64,000 nucleotides of DNA from Pseudogymnoascus verrucosus (taxonomy: Eukaryota): the NCBI GenBank assembly GCA_001662655.1, contig KV460206.1. One strand, 5' to 3'. Below are positions 36,432-46,645 of the stretch, piece after piece (position 1 is the stretch's first letter; every line of letters starts with the position of its first letter). Made by a program: the position numbers and the translations under genes. The notes below the pieces were generated by a model. The model did no database searches. It was not told the origin of the DNA and saw nothing but the letters and a program-made list of their open reading frames with translations.

Positions 36432-39400
36432 GGCTTCGAGGCCGCCGGGTGAGAAGTGCGCAGGGGACGGGGTGGTGGCGCGCCGATTGAACCCCACAGA
36501 AGAGTCCCCCGCGGACCGATCCCACGACACAGACACTGGGTGCCAGGGGCAAAGAACCAACCGTAGGTAATTGGGAAGATCTCCCCGGGATGTGAACTTT
36601 TTTGGGTACGGGGTACCAAGAGCAGTCCGTTAGACAATGGATTTGATTTTGCTTATGCTTCTTTTTTGGTCAAACGGGTTATCAGATACCGACACGTATG
36701 AGGACGTTCGGCGGGCCGGCGAGGGATGTGCAAGGACGCCTGATATGCCAAATGGGCATGGTATCGAGAGCTGCGCCGGGTACTCTAGAAGCGCTCTACT
36801 GGCCCTGAACAGGATAGCTCGAGGCAGAAGGCGAATGGGGTATCCGGGGAAGGCTTATCGTGTGTTCTGCAGTGAGACTGGCGCAGGTTTTTGCTTTGCC
36901 TTGGGAGGTGGGTGGGTGGTGCAGAGGCGCAGAGGTGCAGCAAGTGCAGATAGATGGCGGCGATAGATAAGAGAGTAGTTTCCCTAGGGCCGCAGTGGAT
37001 TCTCGGGAATATGGGGTATTGTGTGATTTGAGTATAGTATGGGTGTAAATGGTAGTGTTTGTGTGGTGGAAAGTGTTTTTTCGAGGTTTGGATGTCGGGT
37101 GTTGACGGTATGGAGGGTATGCAGAGATAGAGTGTGTGGTGGTTGTTGGATAGATAGGGAAGATAGGTATTTCGTATATTTCTGGGACTAAAGATAGCGA
37201 GGAAGAGTTGTAAGAGAGTAGTACCATAAGAGGTAAGAGGGTTAGAGGATAAAATGTATGGAAAGGGTAAGGTGATGTAAGGTAAGGTAAGGTAGGGTAA
37301 GTAGGATAAAAGGCGCGGCGGAGTAGACGCACGGGCTGCGGATGAGATAAGGCAGGACCGGGAGTAGGACAGGACGATGATGGGTCCTTGAAGTTGTTCT
37401 AGTTAGTTGCAGCTAGTCCTAGTTGGTGCTAGTTAGAAAAGTATGGGTGGTAGTGGTGGTGGTGGTGGTCCCTAGTTCGGAGTACGTACTGTGTTCTTGA
37501 AATGTATGGGTTGAGTATGGGTTGAGTCACGAGACCAACCAATCAAGCAAGGGAGAAATGGGGCCCGGGAGTTGGAGCCGAAGGGGACTTGCGCAACGAT
37601 ATAAAAGGTACGGACGACGGCACAGTAACGGCGTACAGTTACAGGCAGGACCAACGACAAATATCTGGCAATCTGGCAATCTGGCAATGACCCGTCCTCG
37701 TAGTAGGTAGGTGGGCTGTGTAGGGCGGCTGATTGATTTGCTATAGCTGTTCTGTAGCTGTAGCTGTTTTAGATGTGTCGAAACGGTCGATGTGGTGGGC
37801 GTGTGGCGATGTAAATCCCTGGGTACGTACCGACGGCGATAGACGATGACGATGGTGATGACGATGCCGACGATAGCACACTGGGGAGAGACCGAGGTGA
37901 TGTGCAGTCTCAGATGACCACAACGCGGCAAGTGCTGGGGTTTATTTCGGTATTTGGCGATAGAGGAACGGAGAGAGAAGACTCTAAGAGGAGGGGACGA
38001 AGGGGGGTAAAAGGGAAAAAGGAAGGAAGGAACTGTGGACTGTGGCCAGTTTGTATGTAGTAATGCCGACCGCTGACTGGGGAGTTGAGATGAGATTTTT
38101 GTCTGGGACGGACGGGGGAGACTACTACCTACTACTATGACGGCGCCCTGTCTGTGGCAAAAAAAATATGTACTGTATGTATGTGTGTGCAAGGGGGTGA
38201 AAGGAAGCCAACGAGCCTCTTTTCCCTTCGTTTGTCCCGTTTTGAAGCTCAACCAACGCCATCATCGGTATTACTAGAGAAGGGGTACAGCTACCCCCAG
38301 CTAAAAAGTACCGCCGCAACGTCCCATCCCTCCTGTAACGTGCAAAGAGCGTACAAAATGCTACTTCACCCCATGCACTCCCCTGTCTCTCGTCTCATTA
38401 ATCCTGTATCCTCCCGCTCCTTGAGGCGCAGAGGTCAAAGGGGACGAGGTTGGAAGAGGATATCTGTGTGTCAAGAACAACCAGGGGTCGCGGACAATAC
38501 ATGGAGCAAATGTGTCTTACCTTACCAGTATAAACGGGAAGGAGAAAGGCGATGACCAACAGACCGAGCCTTGCCATGCAATTCGGACAGCCGCTTGAGG
38601 TGAAAAATATGATAGCTCTCCTTCTCTGTTCACTCACAAACAACCATATGGGATGACTACAGTACTATGGCTCTCACAATTGGATACGGCTGGGTGGAGA
38701 TTGGTGGTGGGATGGTGGATACGCCATGCAAGCGCCGTCGGCTCGAACAGGCATTTCCTCGGTCCTCCCCGCCGAATTCTCCGCCCGCCGACGACTTGAG
38801 AAAGAAAGCCTGTGCGCGCACGCGTGGGTGACAGTTGGGTCAAGAGTGACTTTGCAAACACACCCAGAAGCAGTGGGATGAGCAAGTACCTCGCATCAAG
38901 TGTGCTCCGTCGGCTCCGCGGTCGCAACAGCTTACAGCAGTCGCATCCGCATGGAAATTCTCACCCGCTCAGTGCAAGCAGAACTCGCAGAATTCTCACC
39001 TTCCGCCCTCGGTGTTTCTTTTTGGGGGGGTGTGGGCAAAGCTGGACGTAATGAAAACGTGATGAGTGGTCGTGGAGGCCTGGCAGACAATTTCCATGAC
39101 CACGACGTCCATTTATTGTTGATTAAAAAGAGAAGGTAACCATTTGGCTTAGTATGGTATACGGGGGTGGGAAGTGTGGGTGTGTCTCGAGTCGAGGGAT
39201 GGGAAGAGATAAGTTCGGAATACCGTAAAGAAAATGTATGGGAAAGATAAGGGAAATATGGGGAGTGAGCCGACCAATGAGGAGGGGGTATTGGAAGAGG
39301 TGTAGGTGCCAGGAGTGAGGGAGAGTTTGGGTGGGTAGTGGATGGGTATTGGATGGGAAAGAGCGAGGTCGGCGAAGGTGGGTGTTCCTGCTTTCTCCGG

Positions 39401-39930
39401 AGGCGACAAAGGCCGACAAAGGGCGTAGAGTGGGACGTGCCTCTTAAAGATTACCTAATGATGCCGTCTGACATCTGCCTGTGGCCTGTGGGTGGGCTGC
39501 GCCTGGGCTCAATGCGATCGGTGCGGTCGTCGGTGGGTGGTCGGTGCGCTTGGTGGGGGATTGCCACTGCCGATGGATGGACTTAGGTAAAAGATGTGTG
39601 TAAAAGGAATTTGCGAGAGATTGGAACAACTCCCAAGCCAGAAAAAAAAAAAAACTACTGCGTACGAATGGTACGCGATGTTCTCACAAGAAACTTGAGG
39701 TCTAAGTACTCCAGGTACCCCCGTATACAGATTATGCGTATGATGTACATGTTCGGTACGTATTGGTCCGTTGTTCTATATGTGAGAAAGAACCCTGAAG
39801 AGGCGAAGTGCGGGGTACAGTTATGAGATCCATGGTCAAATTCAATACCAAGGAACGATCGAGGGGATCGTGGGAATCGTATCGTGGGAATCGAGAGCAG
39901 CAATGAGAGCGAGGTCTCGTGATCAAATGG

Positions 39931-40115
39931 CGTGATTAGATTAGATTGAGTTGGTCTCATTTTTATCACGTGACATTCAACTCAGACTAAAACCGGGGAC
40001 GTGATTAGATTAGATTGTCCTTCTAGCATCGTATCACGTGACATTTAAACCAGATTGAAACTAAGGACGTGGTAGATTAGATTGTCCTTCCGTGTTGTAT
40101 CATGTGATATTAGAC
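39931..40115. repeat. Degenerate tandem repeat, 68-69 bp unit x ~2.7
   Basis: Units start at 39931, 40000 and 40068. Each carries (T)AGATTAGATTG and TATCACGTGACATT; the third copy reads TATCATGTGATATT. Confidence 0.85.
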
Positions 40116-40363
40116 GGGTTATTTGGGTACTATAAGAGAGAGAGGGGGAACAGGGATTCGACAAAACGACACGTGATATCTATCACTCTCTCAACTCTCT
40201 CCAGTCCTTTCCCAGCTTATATACTCAGCTCTAACCAGTCATGATCTTGTGGCCATAGATCATATCTCTTATCTAATCTGCTTCCTATATACACCTATAT
40301 CTCCTAATCCAACACTATGTACCATCCTCAACTATATATCACCAACCATATATGACACCAACT

Positions 40364-40440
40364 ACATACCCTCCATGCTAAATGTGAAAATATAACAACC
40401 CCACATCCCTCCATGCTAAATGTAGAACATACTACCCCCC
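40364..40440. repeat. ~39 bp imperfect tandem duplication in a 3' UTR
   Basis: ACAT(A)CCCTCCATGCTAAATGT..AA.ATA..AC(A)ACCCC occurs twice, immediately downstream of the 40449 stop. Confidence 0.75.
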
Positions 40441-40448
40441 AGTCACAC

Positions 40449-42295
40449 TCACCACAGCTCCCAGACCTTCCCCGGCACAACAGTCCTCATCACATTCCAA
40501 TGTCCCACCGCGCTCTTCCTCTGCGTCTCCTCCAACGTCGCCGTATCATTCGCCCTCAACACATCCCTCATATCCTCCAAATCAAACTGCCCGCGCAGAA
40601 TCTCATGTTTCGGTACCAAATACGCCTTCCGCGCCCCGCTGCGCAGGAAGTCCCGTTCCACGGGCTCGCGGAAGGTAATCGCCGCGTCTGACCTCGCGCG
40701 GCAGAAGAGAACCATGTTGGTGAAGTCCTGGCCCGCGGCGAGGAGTTCGGCGGCTGTGGGTGTCGCTGTCTCGCGGTAGATGCGGCAGGAGGGGAAGATG
40801 GCGAGGACGGTGCGGATGATGAGGTGGGTGCTTGGCTGGAGGAGGTCGGAGGCGTAGTTCTGTGACGGTTAGTCCTGATGGAGACAGGAATGGAGAAACT
40901 GGACTTACAATTGCAATGACGCCGTCGGGTTTCAGGGCGCGGTGGAGGTTACGCAGGAACTCGTCGGTGAAGAGGGCGATGGGTTCGGCGCCGCCGGTGA
41001 AGACGTCGTGGATGATGTAGTCGTAGCGTTGGGTGGTGTCGTTGGCAACTTGCGCCGCGTAGTGGACAGCGTCGTCGATTACGGCGTGGTGGTTGGGTGC
41101 GAGGTCGAAGTACTTTACAGCGTACTCCAGGACGACGGGATCGATCTCGACGATCGTCGTGTTGATGCCGTGGGCCATGAGGGCACCAGGACTCGTGCCA
41201 ATGCCCGCGCCGCTATACGAATGTTAGTCTGGTGAACAGATTCAGGGTGAAAAATGCTTACATGACTAGAGCGTGTGCCTCGCTGTCAGGGACAGAAACG
41301 GGCGCTTCAATCAACCGAACCGCCTCCAGCATGGTGAATATAGCATACACAGGCTCGCCAACAACCGGATTGTGGCTCTGGTCCATCGTCCATACTCCCC
41401 CAAGCAAGCTGTGATCGCACCGCAAGACGCGAAACTGGTTGCTGACACTCTCCAGAACGGAGATATAGCCGGTATTCGAGTCTTGGCGAGCGATGAGCCT
41501 ATAACCCTCAGCTTGCAGACTCGAGTTCAGGGCCTGCGTCGCCCAGGGGGTCTGGGCGTGCGCATTGAAGATGGCTGTGTGGAGTAGAGCCGGCACTGCG
41601 TATAGCAGCAGCTTCGACGGCGCGAGGAGGGCGTAGGACGCCGCGAGCTGGACCTGCCAGGACACACGCGACAGGAGTACGGACTTGTAGCTGGTGCTCT
41701 GGATAACATTCGCAGACCAGGCTGATGTTATCTTCAGGAAGACAAATGATGCTATTCCTGGCACCGACTGCCACTTCCCCGTGATTCCGAACTCCTCCAA
41801 TACTAACCCCACAGCTGATGCTGAGAATAGAAGAAGCGGCGCCACAGTCAACAACTCTGTAATAAGCGGCCCATATGTAGCACCAAACGTATTACTGTAG
41901 TTGAAGAGGAAGTATTGGACCGCCGGGATGTAGAATGCAATCAACGGCAGCAGATCAATCAGCCTCCATCGCACATTCCTCCTCAACCAAAAGCTCCCCG
42001 ACCACCCCAGGAAACACGCAGCATTAACAAGCTTATCGTGCCATATCGACGCCGGAATCGCGCCATACACAGGCGACAGCGTAAGTTGTGAAACCGACGA
42101 AGACGCTGCCGCCAGGGCGAGTATCACCACAGCCCTGACGGTGGTCCCAACCCAGTCAACGGCATGATTGAAGAAAGTCTCCTCCTTCGCCTTCTTGGCC
42201 AGTTCCTTCAGCTCTTTCTCGAAGTTCTCTTGCGTCAGCGGCGGGCTGGCATTGCTGACGTTCGCCTCGCGCTTTTGCGACTTTGGCTTGGCCAT
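40449..42295 (-). CDS. Multi-TM spermidine-synthase-like SAM methyltransferase-fold protein; exons 42295-41262, 41212-40909, 40859-40449
   Basis: N-terminal TM region. Motifs SNTGYISVLE..FRVLRCDHSLLGG, ALV|IGAGIGT, TIVEIDPVV, YDYIIHDVFTGGAEP and LKPDGVIAI|NYA. The first AUG is 42295; the ORF-track start at 42349 is GTG. Confidence 0.88.
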
Positions 42296-42872
42296 GGTCT
42301 GGTGGTTTTTTGTACGGGACACGTATTTGGGATTTTGACGGGATGCCACGCTTGACCAGCTGGTGATGCGCCCGATTGACCACTTTCCTCACTCTTTCAA
42401 ACTTTAGGGTATATTTTCTTCAGCTGTAATCCATGTTACGTATAGCTTGTATGAAGCTATCGCAATATATGTTCGATTCTAGAGATTCTGAAACATTTCG
42501 GCAGAATGTACGTAGCAATGTCGTCGATGAAACGAGCGCTTTGGCTCTCGGACCGGTGGCCGGAACGGTTATTCAGTGACCGTTCTTTTATAAATGTGAT
42601 AATATATTATTCACCGGCGCTCTTTCTACTTTCGTGTCATTCACAGACTAATAATATATGCTCTTGCCTTTAAGTTGGCTATAGACTCTACATAATTAAA
42701 TTGGCTGCAAGACAGGGTAATTATTTCTATCGCTCGTCCATTACATGTTAAACCCAGCGTTGCTCTCTGCCACCCAAGAGGCGTTAAGAATAATATACTT
42801 TTAATCGGCTCTGGTCAATTATATTTACGTGTAACTAATATATCCATAGGGCTTCAACCCAAAAATAACCAT

Positions 42873-44066
42873 TTAACTTGCCTCGGTATACACAGCAGTG
42901 TTACTGAGGGCCTCAGCAGGAAGCCAATGCCCAGCAACCGTATTGTTATACGAGAGCTGAGCAAGTGCAAACGTGTGAAGCTGGGACACCAAAACCGTGG
43001 ATTCCATGGGCACCACGCGATGCACCATGGCATTCTGCGTAAGCATGGAAATATACTCCTCGCCAGTAATCTTTGTGACGGCCTCGTCAAAAGTCACGAG
43101 GATCAGAGCATCTGGCGAGTTAGTGCTGAGCAGCGACGTCGACAAAAGCCACAAAGCCGGGCCGCCTGCAACGGTTGACGCGTCGGCGATATGCAACAAA
43201 CCAGCATTGGTGCCCAGATATGGCTTCTTAAGCTTAAAGAATCGCATCTCGCCAGTGGATGCGATGTGGCCAAAGGAACCAGAGCCGCCGGTTGCATTGC
43301 CAGCGAGACTAAACCAGACTCCATTCATGGGACCGTGGGCAGTGGCCATTCCGACAGGCGTGCTCCCGACATTTGGTGGAATCGGCAGCTGTGATGTCTC
43401 GCCGCTGGTGGCATTGATGCGCATGATCGACGACTCTGTGTCTTGGGTGACATAGATTAACTTGGTGGCTGGCTCCTCCTTGATAAACACAGGGCTTTTG
43501 AGGCACGGGTACAGCTTCTTGTCGGTGGAGTTAGAGATATCTGCTGAGAAGACATAGTACTGGCCAGTTTGCTTGGACGCATCCTTAAGGCCAGCCCAGA
43601 CGCGATTGCCAATCTCAAAGATGCAATGCGGGCCGTTTCCTGGCTCCGGGATATCAATGGTCTTGATGATGGACGGGACGGCCGAGAGATTCTGTCCTGG
43701 ATCGACAAGCACCAACTTGTTTTCCCACTGTAGCGATAGCCACATCTTCCCAGGGTATACCTCCGAAGGCCACACGCCATGGAGTCCTGACTTGCTGTTT
43801 TTTCCCATAGGAAATGATTGGAAAGCGATGGGTTCTTCGGTGATCGGATTCAGCTCGATCTTGATAAGCTGGCTGTCAGACATCTGCGACAGCAGTACAA
43901 AATTCGTGCCCGGCACGCGGGCAAACTCGTGAGTCTCAGAGGCAGCCGGCATTAGATACTCGGTGAGGCGACGGCTCACGAGCGAATTTGATGAACTCTG
44001 GGACGACACGGTGCCAGCGCTGAACGCCAGCACCACAACGAGCGACTTCAAAACATGAGATAACAT
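42873..44066 (-). CDS. Secreted, intronless beta-propeller-like protein (Vgb/NHL-like repeats), function unknown
   Basis: Signal peptide MLSHVLKSLVVVLAFSAGTVSS. Repeated blade-like segments (GLHGVW..GKMWLSLQ, GPHCI..RVWAG, PVGMA..GVWFSL) and many N-x-S/T sites. TATA-like TATATAA at ~44119-44113. Confidence 0.8.
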   Translation of the reverse strand: MLSHVLKSLVVVLAFSAGTVSSQSSSNSLVSRRLTEYLMPAASETHEFARVPGTNFVLLSQMSDSQLIKIELNPITEEPIAFQSFPMGKNSKSGLHGVWPSEVYPGKMWLSLQWENKLVLVDPGQNLSAVPSIIKTIDIPEPGNGPHCIFEIGNRVWAGLKDASKQTGQYYVFSADISNSTDKKLYPCLKSPVFIKEEPATKLIYVTQDTESSIMRINATSGETSQLPIPPNVGSTPVGMATAHGPMNGVWFSLAGNATGGSGSFGHIASTGEMRFFKLKKPYLGTNAGLLHIADASTVAGGPALWLLSTSLLSTNSPDALILVTFDEAVTKITGEEYISMLTQNAMVHRVVPMESTVLVSQLHTFALAQLSYNNTVAGHWLPAEALSNTAVYTEAS

Positions 44067-44871
44067 TGTCGGCATTCTCTGCTCAACATTTCTGCCCATA
44101 GGCGGGATGTGCTTATATACATTTTGTCTGACTATTTCTGGGTTTGTTCCTTGAGCCAAAGCATTCTGTAATAGGGGGTGGGTGGTGCCCACTGCGTTTT
44201 ATTAGTTAAAGACACGGCCCGGGCCTATTGCCCACTTAGTTCGCCAACACAACATGGCTGACGCCACGAATGATATACGGACGATCGTTAAACCATGTAA
44301 AACCACTTAATGCATCTTGTCTCTCATAGTTATAGATAGAGTACAGTGTATGGTACCGCGATGTAAGTTTCCGTATGTACGGAAACTTATTGCGCCGTAC
44401 TGTATAGCTAGCTGGGTGAGAACCACGTGTAATGATAAAGCCGCTATAGCTAATGTGGCAGTGATCTCAGCATCATTGAAGTAGAGTCCCACTGTCTGCT
44501 CTTGGTAGACAAGCCACGCCCAGGGGCTTTAAGATGGGCGTCCGTAATAGGGCGTTGTATTCTGCTGATCCCCGGCACATTGTCCATTGTATCGTATTTC
44601 TCAGCTAAGCAGGCCATACACTAGTAACTCCTACCTTTCATTCCGTAATATAAGGCTGTGTATGATAGAGTGGCCGCGGGGAATATTACTTGAAAGAAGC
44701 AGCCGTTGGCAGTGACGTCGTGATAGGTCCACCATCGCCAATGCCTTGTCAACGTGCTAGCAATATGAATTTGAACTCGAATCTTCACTGAAAATCCCAC
44801 GAAAGTACTGTACAAGATAGGCGTCTTATTTTGTGCAGTTATAGTATTACATATTGCCACAATGTCGCGTC

Positions 44872-46047
44872 TTATCCCCTACTGTTAAAGCTTCCACCCT
44901 GTCTCTCCCGTTCAATCTGCTCGTCGAACTCTCGCTGAGCAACCTCCCTAGCAGACATCTGGCGTCCCTCTGATGCCTGGGAGCTACTGGCCGTATCGGC
45001 ACCATTACCCCATCCATTTTGAGCAGGGGCATCAGCTCGAGGCTGCCGACTAGATTGTGATGAGGACCCTTGCTGCCGAAGGCGCTCCCAAGCTGATCCG
45101 CCCGACGGCATCTCATCTGTAACTCCCACGCCGCCGGTTGGAGATGCATCATCAAAATATGACGGTTCTTTCTCTGCAGCAGGTGCAGGCTGAGCACGTC
45201 TTTGAGGTGCGGCACCTACGGGACGTTGTGCTGGGACTTGTGACTCTCTCGCAGTATCCGCACCTAGAAGTCCCCCGTCCACTGGGCCCTCTTCGTTGCT
45301 TGTCCCCCAGTATGAGTCGCTATTGGGGCTGGCGTCATCTCCGATGACCTGCTCTATTGGCCTCGTTTGATTCCCGTAAGGAACTGGTGGCACTGGTTGT
45401 TGTGAACGGCCCCGCGCTGAACCGGGGGCATTTTCTGCCTTTGACTTGACATGTGCCAAAAAATCCTTTAACCTTGGATCCGCGACCATACCAACTGTCG
45501 CCACGGAGGAAGAGTAGACACCAAACACCATTGTCCCAACAAGCATCCCAACAGTGCTATATGCAGACACCCTCGCTACGTGCCAAAAAGGAATGGCCTC
45601 CACGCCCGTCACCAAGGCGAGTCTAGCAGATGGAAAGACTTTGGGGTTGAACGTCTCGGGATTGGGCTTGACGAATGGAAATTTGAACGACGGTGCTGTT
45701 CTGTACGCTTGCATCATCCCACCAGCAAACCCAGCGACGGGTCCATATGAGAATAACGACAAATGTTTCGCTGCCCAATATGCCAAGGCGGAAGCTTCCT
45801 CTTCTGTTGGCGGCCTTCCGAGGGTTTTCTGAGCACTGACGATGGCTTGGTCGACGGATGAAGCTACCTTCGCATCGTTGAGCCCTAGAATCCGCGCCCC
45901 TATGAATGGCCTTGGGAGGTATGTCCCTTCAAACCTTCTCAGGTTCGGAGGCTCCTTGAATTCGTCATAGCGATCGCTGTCGGATTGGGGAGTAGCGTCT
46001 TGGAATCCCCGGTCGGGTTTGGGGTTATCGCTGTCGTTGTATACCAT
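44872..46047 (-). CDS. Hypothetical protein with two hydrophobic segments and acidic/low-complexity C-terminus
   Basis: Intronless 391 aa ORF with a good start context. Motifs GRPPTEEEASALAY, FKFPF, DPRL and GSAWERLR..AQREFDEQIERER look conserved-like. Confidence 0.78.
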   Translation of the reverse strand: MVYNDSDNPKPDRGFQDATPQSDSDRYDEFKEPPNLRRFEGTYLPRPFIGARILGLNDAKVASSVDQAIVSAQKTLGRPPTEEEASALAYWAAKHLSLFSYGPVAGFAGGMMQAYRTAPSFKFPFVKPNPETFNPKVFPSARLALVTGVEAIPFWHVARVSAYSTVGMLVGTMVFGVYSSSVATVGMVADPRLKDFLAHVKSKAENAPGSARGRSQQPVPPVPYGNQTRPIEQVIGDDASPNSDSYWGTSNEEGPVDGGLLGADTARESQVPAQRPVGAAPQRRAQPAPAAEKEPSYFDDASPTGGVGVTDEMPSGGSAWERLRQQGSSSQSSRQPRADAPAQNGWGNGADTASSSQASEGRQMSAREVAQREFDEQIERERQGGSFNSRG

Positions 46048-46645
46048 TGCGGGCTAATGGAGTCGTAAAGCTCCAGGTAGACGTGGTGTTCCGGTAGTTG
46101 ATGCAATGTAGCAAGGCCTGAAGGTTTGTATGGGAGCGCGAACTGTCGACTTGGGAGGTTTGGTGGGATAGAATAAGTTCTGAAGCTCCAACCGGCGGGT
46201 AAAACTGGAGACAGCGGAGATACTGACGTAGCCCGATAGCTCAGTCCAGGGTCACCCATAATCGCGCTAACACTTTTCGGTAGCAACTACAGCTCCCTTG
46301 AGATTATTATAGCTTACCATGACAATTATAAGGTTTTTAAGATGTACGATATCGAAGAAAGGTCTCTAAGTTGGTACCTGGGAAATGAGGAGTTTTGGTT
46401 ATGAAATTACATGCTAAATCTGTGGGGGCTATCTATGCGTATTGTGGCATATGGGAAGACTGCAACAAAGTAATTTATAATTTATACATATGCATTGGGC
46501 TTCCTCTTAAACCTGAAACTAATGGGTATATCTGCTTTACTAAAAAAAAATCCAGACCGCACATACCAATGTACACTGTCATAATATGATTTACAGCAGC
46601 CGCATTGCCAGATGCTGGCCATTGCTGATCCATGGTCAACCTGAC

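Noticed and set aside
36796..38252. 178-aa and 241-aa minus-strand ORFs upstream of the TF
   Set aside because: They start at non-AUG codons, are low complexity (P/T/Y/H/S) and derive from microsatellite-like tracts. A UTR explains them better.
39931..40115. Repeat-spacer appearance suggestive of a CRISPR array
   Set aside because: The context is eukaryotic, there are fewer than three full units, the linkers are homologous and there are no cas genes.
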